Virus record (IMG/VR): IMGVR_UViG_3300037601_000088
Coordinates: 1 to 64,000 of that record
DNA from: a virus
Taxonomy: Duplodnaviria > Caudoviricetes
Direction: 5' to 3' (one strand)
Length of the DNA: 64,000 nucleotides
Position numbers and translations under genes: made by a program. Below are positions 8,931 to 18,021 of this stretch, one piece after another. A model generated the notes under the pieces. That model saw nothing but the letters and a program-made list of their open reading frames with translations. It had not been told where the DNA came from and ran no database searches. Numbering within the stretch: the stretch's first letter is position 1; each line of letters begins with the position of its first letter.

Positions 8931-9285
8931 CGTAATCGTTGATACGATTCAAAATATGGTCAGGACTCGGGGGCAGTACCCGGCGCCTCCACCATAGTTA
9001 CTTGGATCAATCTAGTTCTTAGGAAATTGATTGGTTTTATAGATCTGAGAAGACTGGAAAGGCGTGGGTCGCCGTGATCGAGTCAATTGGTGCTACCGAG
9101 TAACTTTGATGGGGGCGAAATAGGATCGACTGGCATAGGATGATGAGAGTAGGTTACCGGTATGATACCGCCGTATCGGATCAAAGCATAACTGCAAACG
9201 ACAACGTAGCAGATGGAGAAATTGTCCGCCTAGCGGCCTAATTTTCCGGGGTTTAGAGTTATCCTAGCAACAGAAAACTCTTTTT
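8931..9285 (+). ncRNA. ssrA: Permuted two-piece tmRNA (alphaproteobacterial type)
   Basis: Acceptor 3' end CGCCTCCACCA (ends 8994) lies upstream of 5' end GGGGGCGAAATAGGATCGAC (9111); G3.U70 Ala identity pair; tag frame 9194-9241 ANDNVADGEIVRLAA*; GCAACAGAA motif and T-run at the end. Outer boundaries approximate. Confidence 0.92.
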
Positions 9286-9304
9286 ATTTTATAGAAAGTT
9301 TTAT

Positions 9305-9505
9305 ATGTTTAAGAAAGAAACCTACCATTATATAGAAGAAGTTGGTAAGGGGTTTGGCCATTTTCATATTATTAAAATAAATCGCTTTTACTTATTTAAG
9401 CTTTTTATTGAATTTCCAGTAATAATTGAAACATTTGATGATTTGTTATCTGCTGAAGAAGCTTATTCTAAGATAATGGTTAATGATATTAAAAGATTTG
9501 TTTAA
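9305..9505 (+). CDS. Hypothetical protein
   Basis: 66-aa ORF. Confidence 0.5.
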   Translation: MFKKETYHYIEEVGKGFGHFHIIKINRFYLFKLFIEFPVIIETFDDLLSAEEAYSKIMVNDIKRFV

Positions 9506-9729
9506 TGGAACGTAAACAAGAAATTTTAGATAGTGTTAAAGATTCTATGATTGATTCTTTAACAAATGTTTTGGCTGAATCTGATTGCCTTTATGACAGA
9601 AAAGGATCACTTATGTCAATTCCTAAACAAGACAGAAACCGATATTTAATGAGATCGCGTGAAGGAATTGAAGCTATTTTCGATTTTCTATCGAAAAATG
9701 TGAAAATTGAGGGTTTACAAAAAAAGTAA
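9505..9729 (+). CDS. Hypothetical protein
   Basis: 74-aa ORF, TAATG coupling. Confidence 0.6.
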   Translation: MERKQEILDSVKDSMIDSLTNVLAESDCLYDRKGSLMSIPKQDRNRYLMRSREGIEAIFDFLSKNVKIEGLQKK

Positions 9730-9768
9730 TTTGGTTTAATATTAATTTCTCATTATGAAATAGGAGAT

Positions 9769-10275
9769 TTGACAATGAGAGAAGTTACAGCCATGACTGG
9801 CGAAAATGTTCTTTTTGAGCCAGTAAACAGTGAAAATCATGGATATTGCTCTACGAATAAAGCTGAATTCGTTGGCCATATTGACGAAGATGATAATTTA
9901 TTTTATCCAGATACACTTGAAGATGTTGTCAAAATGTGGCAACTAAAGGTTGGATATAAATTTGGTCTTTTTGCATCACAATCAAGCCAACAGAAAAACA
10001 TTAAATCTCACAAAAAACACATCCGTAAAAATCAAAAACTTTCAATGAGTGATAAAGCCATTACGGCTAGGATCGAACGGGAGTATATTGATGCTGAGGT
10101 TTATCCTAATGTGACACGCCGTATTACAAAAAGAAAAGGCCATTATAGCTATAGTCTTTATTTTAAAGGGAAAACTTATCATATTCCCGGAAAAGTACTT
10201 GGTGAAAAATTTATTCCAAATAAAGAAAAAGATAAAAACAGGATTAAACAGAGGTTTAATCCATATTCTAATTAA
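9769..10275 (+). CDS. Hypothetical protein
   Basis: 168-aa ORF, AGGAG SD, TTTACA upstream at 9714. Confidence 0.65.
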   Translation: MTMREVTAMTGENVLFEPVNSENHGYCSTNKAEFVGHIDEDDNLFYPDTLEDVVKMWQLKVGYKFGLFASQSSQQKNIKSHKKHIRKNQKLSMSDKAITARIEREYIDAEVYPNVTRRITKRKGHYSYSLYFKGKTYHIPGKVLGEKFIPNKEKDKNRIKQRFNPYSN

Positions 10276-10282
10276 TTAGTAT

Positions 10283-10313
10283 AAAAAAAAAGGGGGCACA
10301 ATGCCCCCTTTGT
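10283..10313. terminator. Bidirectional intrinsic terminator
   Basis: A-run + AGGGGGCA caa TGCCCCCT + TTT between convergent genes. Confidence 0.85.
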
Positions 10314-10336
10314 TCTTTGACAATTTGAAATACTCG

Positions 10337-11656
10337 TTAGACGAGATTTGCAATAGCCATTTTTCTGTAGTAAACGTTTGAGTTGGCTTCAAGAGAACCA
10401 TCAGATGCAGTAGCACCTTTAGAGAATGGATTCGCAACCATGCCGTATCTAGTTTTGAAACCGATAACTGGTTGTAGTGAATTCTCACCAACTGCTCTAA
10501 CCATCTGAAGCGGAGTATATGGGCAATAGAATAAGCCAGCATCCCAGCTATTTGAACCCTTATAACCGATAACAGCAAAGTCAATTGCAGCATATGGGTC
10601 GATATAAACTTTAACGTTTCCGTTAATTGTACCAGCGTAAGTAACACCTGTATCATCAACCGTTAAGTTAGCAGAAGCTTCAACATACTTAAGAACACCC
10701 GCCATCTGAAGAGCAGCAGCAACATCAGAAGAAGTAATAAGAATGTTTCCTCTACCTCTACGTGTTTCTTTTGCGACAGCATTACATTCGCGAGCTATCT
10801 GATAATGAAGGCCTGCAAATCTTTCACCCATCCAACGACCGTTAGAGTCAGTATCAAGATCGAAAGTACCAGCAGTTGTTAAACCAGACGACTGAGCACC
10901 AACTTTAGCTGTAACGAAAACTGTACGAACAGCTTCGCGGTTGATTTCAGCAATTAGCTCAGTTGAAAGAACACCGGATAGTTCCTGCTCTGCCTCTAAA
11001 CCATGGATGGCTTTAAGATCCTGAGCAAGTTCGTGTGAGTATTCAGCTTTTAGACCACGGCCTTTTGCATCAACGGTAACTTTCTCAATTGAGATGCCCA
11101 TTTCAGCGAAAGCAGTATTACCAGAAGCACCAAGCGCTTCAAGCTGTGCAGTAGTCATACCACCTGAGAAGTTATAAACTTCAGTGTTAGGGCTGACCGC
11201 ATTAGTACCGAGGTTTAATGTCGCATCACCAACGATTTCGTTATTACCACTAGTAACTGATGCGTGACCAGTATTTGCTTCATTATAGAAAGCTTCAGTA
11301 CCTGTCTGATTAGCATATCTAGAACGAAGCGCGAAGATAGTACCATTTGGACCGGTCATAGGCTGCATACCCATGATTTCAAATGAAACTAGATTAGGAG
11401 CAGTTCTACGAATCATGTTGATAAGAACAGGATCGTAATTCTGAACTCCACCGGTTTGGTTGGTAGGTCCGTCCTCAACGATTAGCTGAGAAGCGTAGCT
11501 TTTTTCGATTTGCCCATGTTGTAGGGCTAAATCAGTATTTTCAAGTAGCTGTGAAGTAACAGCTAGCTTTTCGCCAGATAATTTGCTAGTACCAGCAAAC
11601 TTGATTTCATCATTGATATATGGCTCCCACTTTTCAATTAGTTCTTTTTTAACCAT
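10337..11656 (-). CDS. gp23: Major capsid protein
   Basis: DPVLINMIRR..PNL, QPMTGP.G.IFALRSRY, LKAEYS.ELAQDLKAIHGL, DAGLFYCPYTPL, GFKTRYG. Confidence 0.98.
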   Translation of the reverse strand: MVKKELIEKWEPYINDEIKFAGTSKLSGEKLAVTSQLLENTDLALQHGQIEKSYASQLIVEDGPTNQTGGVQNYDPVLINMIRRTAPNLVSFEIMGMQPMTGPNGTIFALRSRYANQTGTEAFYNEANTGHASVTSGNNEIVGDATLNLGTNAVSPNTEVYNFSGGMTTAQLEALGASGNTAFAEMGISIEKVTVDAKGRGLKAEYSHELAQDLKAIHGLEAEQELSGVLSTELIAEINREAVRTVFVTAKVGAQSSGLTTAGTFDLDTDSNGRWMGERFAGLHYQIARECNAVAKETRRGRGNILITSSDVAAALQMAGVLKYVEASANLTVDDTGVTYAGTINGNVKVYIDPYAAIDFAVIGYKGSNSWDAGLFYCPYTPLQMVRAVGENSLQPVIGFKTRYGMVANPFSKGATASDGSLEANSNVYYRKMAIANLV

Positions 11657-11690
11657 TATTTTTCTTTAAAACTCCTGTTGTTTTTATTAT

Positions 11691-11698
11691 TATTTATA
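11691..11698 (-). promoter_or_regulatory. Late promoter TATAAATA for gp23
   Basis: tatttata on + strand, 35 nt upstream of gp23 start. Confidence 0.75.
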
Positions 11699-11702
11699 TT
11701 TT

Positions 11703-12563
11703 TTAAGAACTTAAGTATTTTGATATTCTTGGATCTGTAACTTTAGTTTCAGTATCCACATCAACACCCTCATTAAGGGTATCGTTTGTTTTTGTTTTTG
11801 CTTTAGAGCCAAGAGTATCTTTAAGTGAAAGCATAGTTTCAATAAATTGCTCTTTATCGTCGAAATCTACGTTTTCAGAAAGAGAGAATAATTTCTCTTT
11901 GCTTGTTTCATCAAGGCCAGTGGCCATTTCTTCGATAATTTCTTTCTTCTTATATGTTTCTAATTCTTTTCTAGAATTAACCATTTCTTTAAGAAGATCG
12001 TTTTGCTCTGCCTCAAGTTCAGCATTTCTTTCAGAAAGCATGTTAATAACATCGACTTTGTCTTCTTCAATTTCAATGTTATGCTCTTTAACTAGATCAA
12101 CAAGGCCTTCTAATAGAGAATCGGCAATTTCTGCCTTAATGCCATTATCGACAGCGAGTTCATTTTCTTTAATGAATTTACTAGCAAAAATTTCCAAATA
12201 ATCAGAAAGTTTTTCTTCTAGATAATCTTTATGAGCCTGGGTATCTTCCTCAAACTTCTCTTTAAGATTAACTTTAATTTCTTCTACGCGAGTGGCAATA
12301 ACTGTTTCTACAAGAGTAACAGCCTTACCTTTGAAATCTTCGGTTAACTCTAAACCTGCTGAAGAAAATAAATCAGAAATATCTTCTTTATTGACTTTAC
12401 CTGCAGGCGCAACTTCAGGTTTTACTTCAAGCGAAGTATCTCTCTGTTTATCGCCCACACCAGACTTATCTGCTGGTCTTTTATTTTTTTCACCACCAAT
12501 TGCTTTTGTTTTTTCAGCATCAGTGTGATCGGCGTGAGTTCCTTTTAGTTCTTTCTCTGCCAT
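11703..12563 (-). CDS. gp22: Prohead core scaffold protein
   Basis: Acidic coiled coil, L.EDFK.KA..L.E, ENELAVD.GIK.EI; position between gp21 and gp23. Confidence 0.9.
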   Translation of the reverse strand: MAEKELKGTHADHTDAEKTKAIGGEKNKRPADKSGVGDKQRDTSLEVKPEVAPAGKVNKEDISDLFSSAGLELTEDFKGKAVTLVETVIATRVEEIKVNLKEKFEEDTQAHKDYLEEKLSDYLEIFASKFIKENELAVDNGIKAEIADSLLEGLVDLVKEHNIEIEEDKVDVINMLSERNAELEAEQNDLLKEMVNSRKELETYKKKEIIEEMATGLDETSKEKLFSLSENVDFDDKEQFIETMLSLKDTLGSKAKTKTNDTLNEGVDVDTETKVTDPRISKYLSS

Positions 12564-12596
12564 TTAATTCAATTCTCCGTTGTAATTTATTGATAT

Positions 12597-13253
12597 TTAT
12601 TGTTTACTTATTTTTGATACGTAATTTTCAAAAGCATTTAGCAATTCTGCTTCAGTAATTCTAGGTTTATCAATTTCTTGTTTAGCTTCTTCAGCAGCAA
12701 TTTCTATAAATTTAGATCCGTCATAAACCCAATCAGCACTTTCCATAATACCAGTTACGAAAGCATCGATAGCAGACGGGGATGAAACAATGTCTACAGT
12801 ATTAAGGACAAAATCATCCTGAACCTCTAAAACACCGTTTGATTCTTTTAGTGAACCTAAACCCCTAGTAGAAACACCTAGTGTGGCTCCAGAAAGAATT
12901 ATGCTTTTAGCCATATCACCAGAGGGATGGCCTTCGATAATTCTTGCTTTGCCATAAAAGTTATTACCATCTTTTTTCATTTCTACAATATAATGAGATG
13001 CATTTTTGAGAGAAACGTTCGGGGTATTGGGATGGTCTAATTCACCAAATGAAGTTTTGGTTTTAATTTTATCTTGAATAAATGTATTCATTTGAGATTC
13101 AAGAATTGAAGTTGGATAAATTCTGCCATTACGATTTTTTAAATCGCCCTGCATGAATATTCCTTCAATGAAATATTCTTTTTTATCGCCTTTTTCTTCA
13201 ACTAATGAATTTGTTTGAAATGATTGTTCAGATAGAAATTTTCTTTTTATCAT
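12597..13253 (-). CDS. gp21: Prohead protease
   Basis: IEGIFMQ...KNRNGRIYP, GELDHP, GVSTRGLGSL, DIVSSPSA.DAFV. Confidence 0.97.
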   Translation of the reverse strand: MIKRKFLSEQSFQTNSLVEEKGDKKEYFIEGIFMQGDLKNRNGRIYPTSILESQMNTFIQDKIKTKTSFGELDHPNTPNVSLKNASHYIVEMKKDGNNFYGKARIIEGHPSGDMAKSIILSGATLGVSTRGLGSLKESNGVLEVQDDFVLNTVDIVSSPSAIDAFVTGIMESADWVYDGSKFIEIAAEEAKQEIDKPRITEAELLNAFENYVSKISKQ

Positions 13254-13495
13254 TAGCCTGTAACGCTCACTGTTGTTGATAACAACCCAGTGCCTTGAAT
13301 TGTATGTGTGTTTTCTTTTTCTACAATAACAGAACTTTCAGGTTCTAATGTTAAAGAAGCAACATTAGCTGTGCCATCATTGATTGTTGCTAAAACAGCG
13401 CCAGCCGTTGGATTAACAACTCTAATAATACTAGAATCACCAACAGTATTTGCTGTGCCAATAGAAATTTCTAAACTTTTGACTTCTAGTTTCAT
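13253..13495 (-). CDS. Small head-region hypothetical protein
   Basis: 80-aa beta-rich ORF coupled to gp21. Confidence 0.65.
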   Translation of the reverse strand: MKLEVKSLEISIGTANTVGDSSIIRVVNPTAGAVLATINDGTANVASLTLEPESSVIVEKENTHTIQGTGLLSTTVSVTG

Positions 13496-14352
13496 TAATC
13501 TTTGGCCTTTTCAGCAAAATCTAAAAGAGCATTTAATTCGTCTTTTGACTTTTTAGCTCTTTTAGCCATACTATTTGCTTTAGATCCTGCGCTTTTTAAT
13601 AATGCATTTAAATCACTTACTTGATTTTTTGAAAGCTTAACCGTTTCTCCAGAATCTAAGCGAATAGATCCTTGTTTAAAATCTTCTTGTAGAGATTCAA
13701 AATACATGTTAGATGGTTCTTCATCAACATACTCTTCAGGTACATCCTCGAGTGGTTCAATTCTATCTGTGGCAAAATCTTGAATTGGTAAGTAAGAAAG
13801 TAATTTATCTCTAACCGAACGCAATGTAGATAAACAATCGTCTGGGTAGAAGTTTGCACTTCCTTCATACGAAACCGGAGAGTTATTTGCGGATAGATAA
13901 TCGTCTTGTTTATTTTTTATATTATAAAGAGAATCTTCGTATACTTTTTCAAAATACATATCTATTTCAGAAATAAGCGCACGCATTTCATCCAATTTTA
14001 TTAATTGAACATCAGTATAATGTTCTGACAACCCCGAGGCTTTAAGCATTTTATCTTTATTTGCCTTGCCAATTTTTGTTCTAAAATCGCCAAGAGTTTT
14101 TTTCATGCCCTGGAGTGTTTGTTTATTATGCATATCTGCAGTCCAGAAAGATCGGATTCCTTCTACGACTTTTTCTTGTTTATCGGCTTTTCGAGATTTG
14201 TCTTTTTTAGGAGAATTTTCATCTTTTTTATCTTCTTTATCTCCAACCACATCATGAACATCTACTTTAGTAATAAATGCACGAGCTTTTTTATCGGCTG
14301 CTCCAGTGGGAGCCATGACCTCAATAATGTTTTTTAATTGAAAATAATTCAT
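13495..14352 (-). CDS. Putative prohead core protein (gp68 position)
   Basis: Charged 285-aa ORF between gp67 and gp21 with several I/L-x-E sites. Confidence 0.5.
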   Translation of the reverse strand: MNYFQLKNIIEVMAPTGAADKKARAFITKVDVHDVVGDKEDKKDENSPKKDKSRKADKQEKVVEGIRSFWTADMHNKQTLQGMKKTLGDFRTKIGKANKDKMLKASGLSEHYTDVQLIKLDEMRALISEIDMYFEKVYEDSLYNIKNKQDDYLSANNSPVSYEGSANFYPDDCLSTLRSVRDKLLSYLPIQDFATDRIEPLEDVPEEYVDEEPSNMYFESLQEDFKQGSIRLDSGETVKLSKNQVSDLNALLKSAGSKANSMAKRAKKSKDELNALLDFAEKAKD

Positions 14353-14579
14353 TAGTCTTCGTCTTTTTCATCATCATCATTATCATCGTCATCATCTTCG
14401 TTTTCATCATCATTGTCATCATCTTTGTCTTTGTCTTTTTCGCCTTTGCCTTCCAGAATTTCAGCTTTTCTTTCTTCTATTTTTCTAGAAACAATTTCTA
14501 GAGTAGCGCCTTTAAAAAAGTCATTTGCCTTAGTGAACTGATTTTCATCAATAGACTCTATTAATTCTTTAACACTCAT
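14352..14579 (-). CDS. gp67: Prohead core protein
   Basis: Small, very acidic C-terminus, directly after portal as in T4. Confidence 0.75.
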   Translation of the reverse strand: MSVKELIESIDENQFTKANDFFKGATLEIVSRKIEERKAEILEGKGEKDKDKDDDNDDENEDDDDDNDDDEKDED

Positions 14580-14609
14580 TTCTTTTCCCGTTTAGTTAAT
14601 GTTTTATTA

Positions 14610-14617
14610 TATTTATA
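14610..14617 (-). promoter_or_regulatory. Late promoter TATAAATA
   Basis: Exact motif upstream of gp67. Confidence 0.65.
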
Positions 14618-14621
14618 CAAT

Positions 14622-16154
14622 TTAAAATCTTCTTCTATTATCGTCTTCATCTTCATCACTTATTTCACCAGATTTCTTTTCTTCTTCTATTTTTTTCTTT
14701 TCTTCAGCAATATCTTCATCAGACATGTTCAATATATTTTTTCTTACATAATCCATAGAAAAATATTTGCCCACATAGTTTTCTATGTCTCTCATAATGT
14801 TAAGGCGACCTTGAATTATTTCTTGATTTTTATTTTCTGCAATTAAATTATCGGTAGAATACTTATATTCTATGTAAGATGCTATTTCATCAAATTCTTC
14901 AGCAGTAATTATATTTTTCATAACAAGCTGTCTTTTAAGTATTTCGGTAAATAAACCAGAAAATCTTTTTCTTAATCTTGTTATAAATTTAGCAAATTTT
15001 AATTCATCTCTTGATATTTCTGTTTGCCTACCAAGCTGCATACCCATTCCTTGTTCTAACCTAGACATGGGAACGTTTAATGCTCTTTGGAGTTTTTGTT
15101 TAAATAGGTCTAATATCTCCAACATTCCTTGTTGGCCGCTGCCTCCAGGAAGAGTGGAAATTTCTGTTGCTTTACCATCTGATCTTCTGGGGAGAAAATA
15201 ATCCTGTGATAATGTTTGAATTAAACGATCATCTTTAACTTTACCTGTAGATTGATCATAACCTAGTTTATTTTTATAAAGAGTAGCAACATCTCTTAAA
15301 TGCTGTTCTGCCTTTGCTCTAGGAAGATTTCCTACGTCTATATAGAAAATTCTTCTTTCTGGGGCTCTTGAAACCTGGTAAATAATTGAAGAAGTTTCCA
15401 ATGCCTTAAGCATATTCAAAGGAACTCTTGCTTTATCTAAATGAGAAAGAACTTTCTTTCTATCATGGTTCATAATACCAGAAGTAATTTGGACGACAGA
15501 GTCTTTAGAGAGTTTAATTGCAGCGTCTTTTTTCTGAACTCCACCCTTTTTATTATTCATAAAAGCATTACTTAAAAGATAATAAGTTTCAGCGGGTTCT
15601 TGAACCTCTACGCCTTTTTCAATTTTCTTTTTAACTTCTTTTATTTTTCTTATTAACCTAGGGTCAATATAACGAAGTTCATTAATTCCATTTTTTACAT
15701 TGTCATTTTCTACAAGAAGTTGATAGTTAATTCTACCATCAACATACCAATTTTTAATAATTTCATATGCATTATTATTAAAATCTAATAAAGAAAGAAT
15801 TTCATTAAATTCTTCTATGATTTTCTTTTTGATATTTTCAGGAAGGTCTGTTTCGTCAAGGTTAATGTCGACAAGATCATGATTATCTTCGGTTGATATC
15901 ATTTCATTTAATATGTCATCAATAGCTTCCTCAATTTCAGGAACTAAAGACATATTTCTATATTCGGTTATGAGCTCCTCATCTGAAGCTTCTTTATCCG
16001 CAGCATTATAGAAAGAATTAAAAAGACCAATCGAATAAGCGCCATCGGCTGTATCAATAACAACTGCACCATCATCTTCTTCTTTACCTATAGGAGATGG
16101 TAATTCTTCATCTTTATTAATTCTTTTAATTTCAAAACCAAATAAATTAGCCAA
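14622..16154 (-). CDS. gp20: Portal protein
   Basis: LFGFEI, WYVDGR, ELRYIDPR, RAPERRIFYIDVGNLP..KAEQ, ISRDELKF.KF; TTG start. Confidence 0.97.
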   Translation of the reverse strand: MANLFGFEIKRINKDEELPSPIGKEEDDGAVVIDTADGAYSIGLFNSFYNAADKEASDEELITEYRNMSLVPEIEEAIDDILNEMISTEDNHDLVDINLDETDLPENIKKKIIEEFNEILSLLDFNNNAYEIIKNWYVDGRINYQLLVENDNVKNGINELRYIDPRLIRKIKEVKKKIEKGVEVQEPAETYYLLSNAFMNNKKGGVQKKDAAIKLSKDSVVQITSGIMNHDRKKVLSHLDKARVPLNMLKALETSSIIYQVSRAPERRIFYIDVGNLPRAKAEQHLRDVATLYKNKLGYDQSTGKVKDDRLIQTLSQDYFLPRRSDGKATEISTLPGGSGQQGMLEILDLFKQKLQRALNVPMSRLEQGMGMQLGRQTEISRDELKFAKFITRLRKRFSGLFTEILKRQLVMKNIITAEEFDEIASYIEYKYSTDNLIAENKNQEIIQGRLNIMRDIENYVGKYFSMDYVRKNILNMSDEDIAEEKKKIEEEKKSGEISDEDEDDNRRRF

Positions 16155-16170
16155 TATATAAATCCTTATA

Positions 16171-16210
16171 AAAAAACCGTTCTATAGTTTTATTTATAGA
16201 ACGGTTTTTA
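16171..16210 (-). terminator. gp19 terminator hairpin with late promoter TATAAATA (16191-16198) for gp20 embedded
   Basis: AAAAACCGTTCTATA / TATAGAACGGTTTTT inverted repeat enclosing tatttata. Confidence 0.75.
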
Positions 16211-16235
16211 ACGATATTGATTTTATTAATTAATT

Positions 16236-16784
16236 TTAGTTGCCGCCGGCATCGCCGGTAACACCCGAAACAACCACGACGTCAGAGACAGCAAAGGTTA
16301 CCTGAAATTCTTCAATCGTATCAGTAATTTCAGAACCTAGTTCGATAGGTGCAACATCAATTGGGAAAATACCAGATACTTCATAAACACGAAGAACTTG
16401 TTCATCTTTTCCAAGTTGTCTAACAACAGCCTGAGATGTATAATTAGATGGAGCGGATCCCAGTGTGGCTAAATTACCCTGCTGTGAATTTATAGCATTT
16501 GCCCATTGTTCCATAGCATTTCTAATATCAAAGGTTTCATCATTTATGATAGTAACAGTCCAATCGTTTACAATTCTATCACCTGGTACTGGAATTTTAC
16601 GACCCATATAAGGAACTTCAATCTTTCCTATTGTATGGCCTGGAATTTGTGTTGCCTTTGCCATAATAGGCACATTAATATCAGCATTCGCGTTAATTGG
16701 GTTTGTAATCATAACCTGAAAGAGCGATGGCCGAGCACCACCACCAACCAGAGCAGCTCTCATCGTATCAATACTAAGAGTCAT
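16236..16784 (-). CDS. gp19: Tail tube protein
   Basis: GGGARPSLF, GRKI...GDR....WTVTIINDE.F.IR, IEEFQVTF. Confidence 0.95.
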   Translation of the reverse strand: MTLSIDTMRAALVGGGARPSLFQVMITNPINANADINVPIMAKATQIPGHTIGKIEVPYMGRKIPVPGDRIVNDWTVTIINDETFDIRNAMEQWANAINSQQGNLATLGSAPSNYTSQAVVRQLGKDEQVLRVYEVSGIFPIDVAPIELGSEITDTIEEFQVTFAVSDVVVVSGVTGDAGGN

Positions 16785-16803
16785 TAAAAATATCCTTTTG
16801 TTA

Positions 16804-16832
16804 TTGTTTTCTTTTAGTTTATAGATATTTAT
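16804..16832 (-). repeat. 29-bp direct repeat, copy 1 (gp19 leader/late promoter)
   Basis: ttgttttcttttagtttatagatatttat identical to 21699-21727. Confidence 0.85.
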
Positions 16833-16852
16833 AAAAAATATGACCTTTGATG

Positions 16853-16881
16853 TTTACATTATTTTTTTGTTAGTGTATAAA
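16853..16881 (+). promoter_or_regulatory. Early sigma70-type promoter TTTACA-17-TATAAA
   Basis: TTTACA 16853-16858, TATAAA 16876-16881; same motif recurs at 27393, 45771, 46631. Confidence 0.75.
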
Positions 16882-16910
16882 AAGATCATCAAACGTGAGG
16901 AGAATTTATT

Positions 16911-17144
16911 ATGGCTACCACTTATACAATCGCTGAAAGTAAATATGATGCAACGCGGACTGCAATTTTTGCCTTTAAAGAACCAGTTGAATCATATTAC
17001 AAATTAGAGAAAACTCTTCATACAGGAGTTAAAGCGGAAAAAGGTCGTCATCAAGATTCTTATCGCGGATCATATCGTATTCTTACCGCTTCTAATGGTG
17101 ATAAGTTTAAAATGTTTTCAGATAATTCATGCCTTTCATTTTAA
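16911..17144 (+). CDS. Hypothetical early protein
   Basis: GAGGAG SD, downstream of early promoter. Confidence 0.7.
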   Translation: MATTYTIAESKYDATRTAIFAFKEPVESYYKLEKTLHTGVKAEKGRHQDSYRGSYRILTASNGDKFKMFSDNSCLSF

Positions 17145-17163
17145 TTAATGAATTTAAAAATAT

Positions 17164-17430
17164 TTGTGGAGAATGGTAATGGCTACGCAATATCATATTT
17201 TTTCTAAAATGGTTGATGAAAAATATACAGAACTTGGTTTTAACGTATATTTTAAACGCGGCTTAAAATCTTATAAAGAAAATCAAACAGCTGAAAAATG
17301 GGATTTATTTTGGGAAGCCCATAAATCACGCTGGTTTGAAGCAGCAGAATTAGTTCATCAAGATTTTAAAGATGAAGGGCTTGAAAAAACAGCCGAAGAA
17401 TTCAAAAAATTTATGGAGTTTTTCCGATGA
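17164..17430 (+). CDS. Hypothetical protein
   Basis: ORF; true start likely ATG 17179 after GGAG. Confidence 0.65.
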   Translation: MWRMVMATQYHIFSKMVDEKYTELGFNVYFKRGLKSYKENQTAEKWDLFWEAHKSRWFEAAELVHQDFKDEGLEKTAEEFKKFMEFFR

Positions 17431-17654
17431 AAGACGATCTGGACGAATTAATTGAAACAATTCAAGTTGAGACACCACATCTTTCTGCTGAGACAAGAAA
17501 TGTTTTACATGGGTGTCTTTCCACTCATCCATGGTGTATAAATGAAACAGTCGAGCAAAGGGCTTTTAAAACATATTTTGTTTTAATTGGTCGCGGAGTT
17601 CACGCTAAATATATGTATGATCTTGAAAATTATTCTGGGAATTTATTAAAATGA
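17427..17654 (+). CDS. Hypothetical protein
   Basis: ATGA coupling. Confidence 0.6.
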   Translation: MKDDLDELIETIQVETPHLSAETRNVLHGCLSTHPWCINETVEQRAFKTYFVLIGRGVHAKYMYDLENYSGNLLK

Positions 17655-18004
17655 AAAAATTATTTTTATCAATTTTTTGTTTAGTAACACTTGTGTTACC
17701 ATCGAGTGCTGAAATTTATTATTATGAAGATCTTAATGCTGCTGATCTTGTTTATATTCAGCGAGCTCATTCTGAAGACACTTTGTCGTGTCTTTCAATG
17801 ATTTTAGAATTTACCGGTACAGATGTTTTTATTCAGTATGATTCAAATGAGCTTCCTCTTGGTACGGTTGTTGTTTATGAAGGCGAAACAGACTCAAACT
17901 GGGCATGTATGCAAAACAACGATTTTACTGTAAGACTTTCATCATTTGATGCTGATGGTGAATTCATTATTTGTGAAAATGTTTTAAGCGACTGTGAAAT
18001 TTAA
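17651..18004 (+). CDS. Secreted/periplasmic hypothetical protein
   Basis: Signal peptide MKKLFLSIFCLVTLVLPSSA; acidic, Cys-containing. Confidence 0.65.
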   Translation: MKKLFLSIFCLVTLVLPSSAEIYYYEDLNAADLVYIQRAHSEDTLSCLSMILEFTGTDVFIQYDSNELPLGTVVVYEGETDSNWACMQNNDFTVRLSSFDADGEFIICENVLSDCEI

Positions 18005-18021
18005 GAGAAGTTTTTTAATTA

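Noticed and set aside
8960-8994. tRNA gene ending in CCA
   Set aside because: No upstream D/anticodon arms; it is the acceptor piece of the permuted tmRNA
10276-10659. 127-aa ORF overlapping the 3' end of gp23
   Set aside because: Alternative frame within the major capsid gene; no SD or motif support
14355-14450. (TCA)n-like tandem repeat
   Set aside because: Encodes the Asp/Glu-rich tail of gp67; not an independent repeat element
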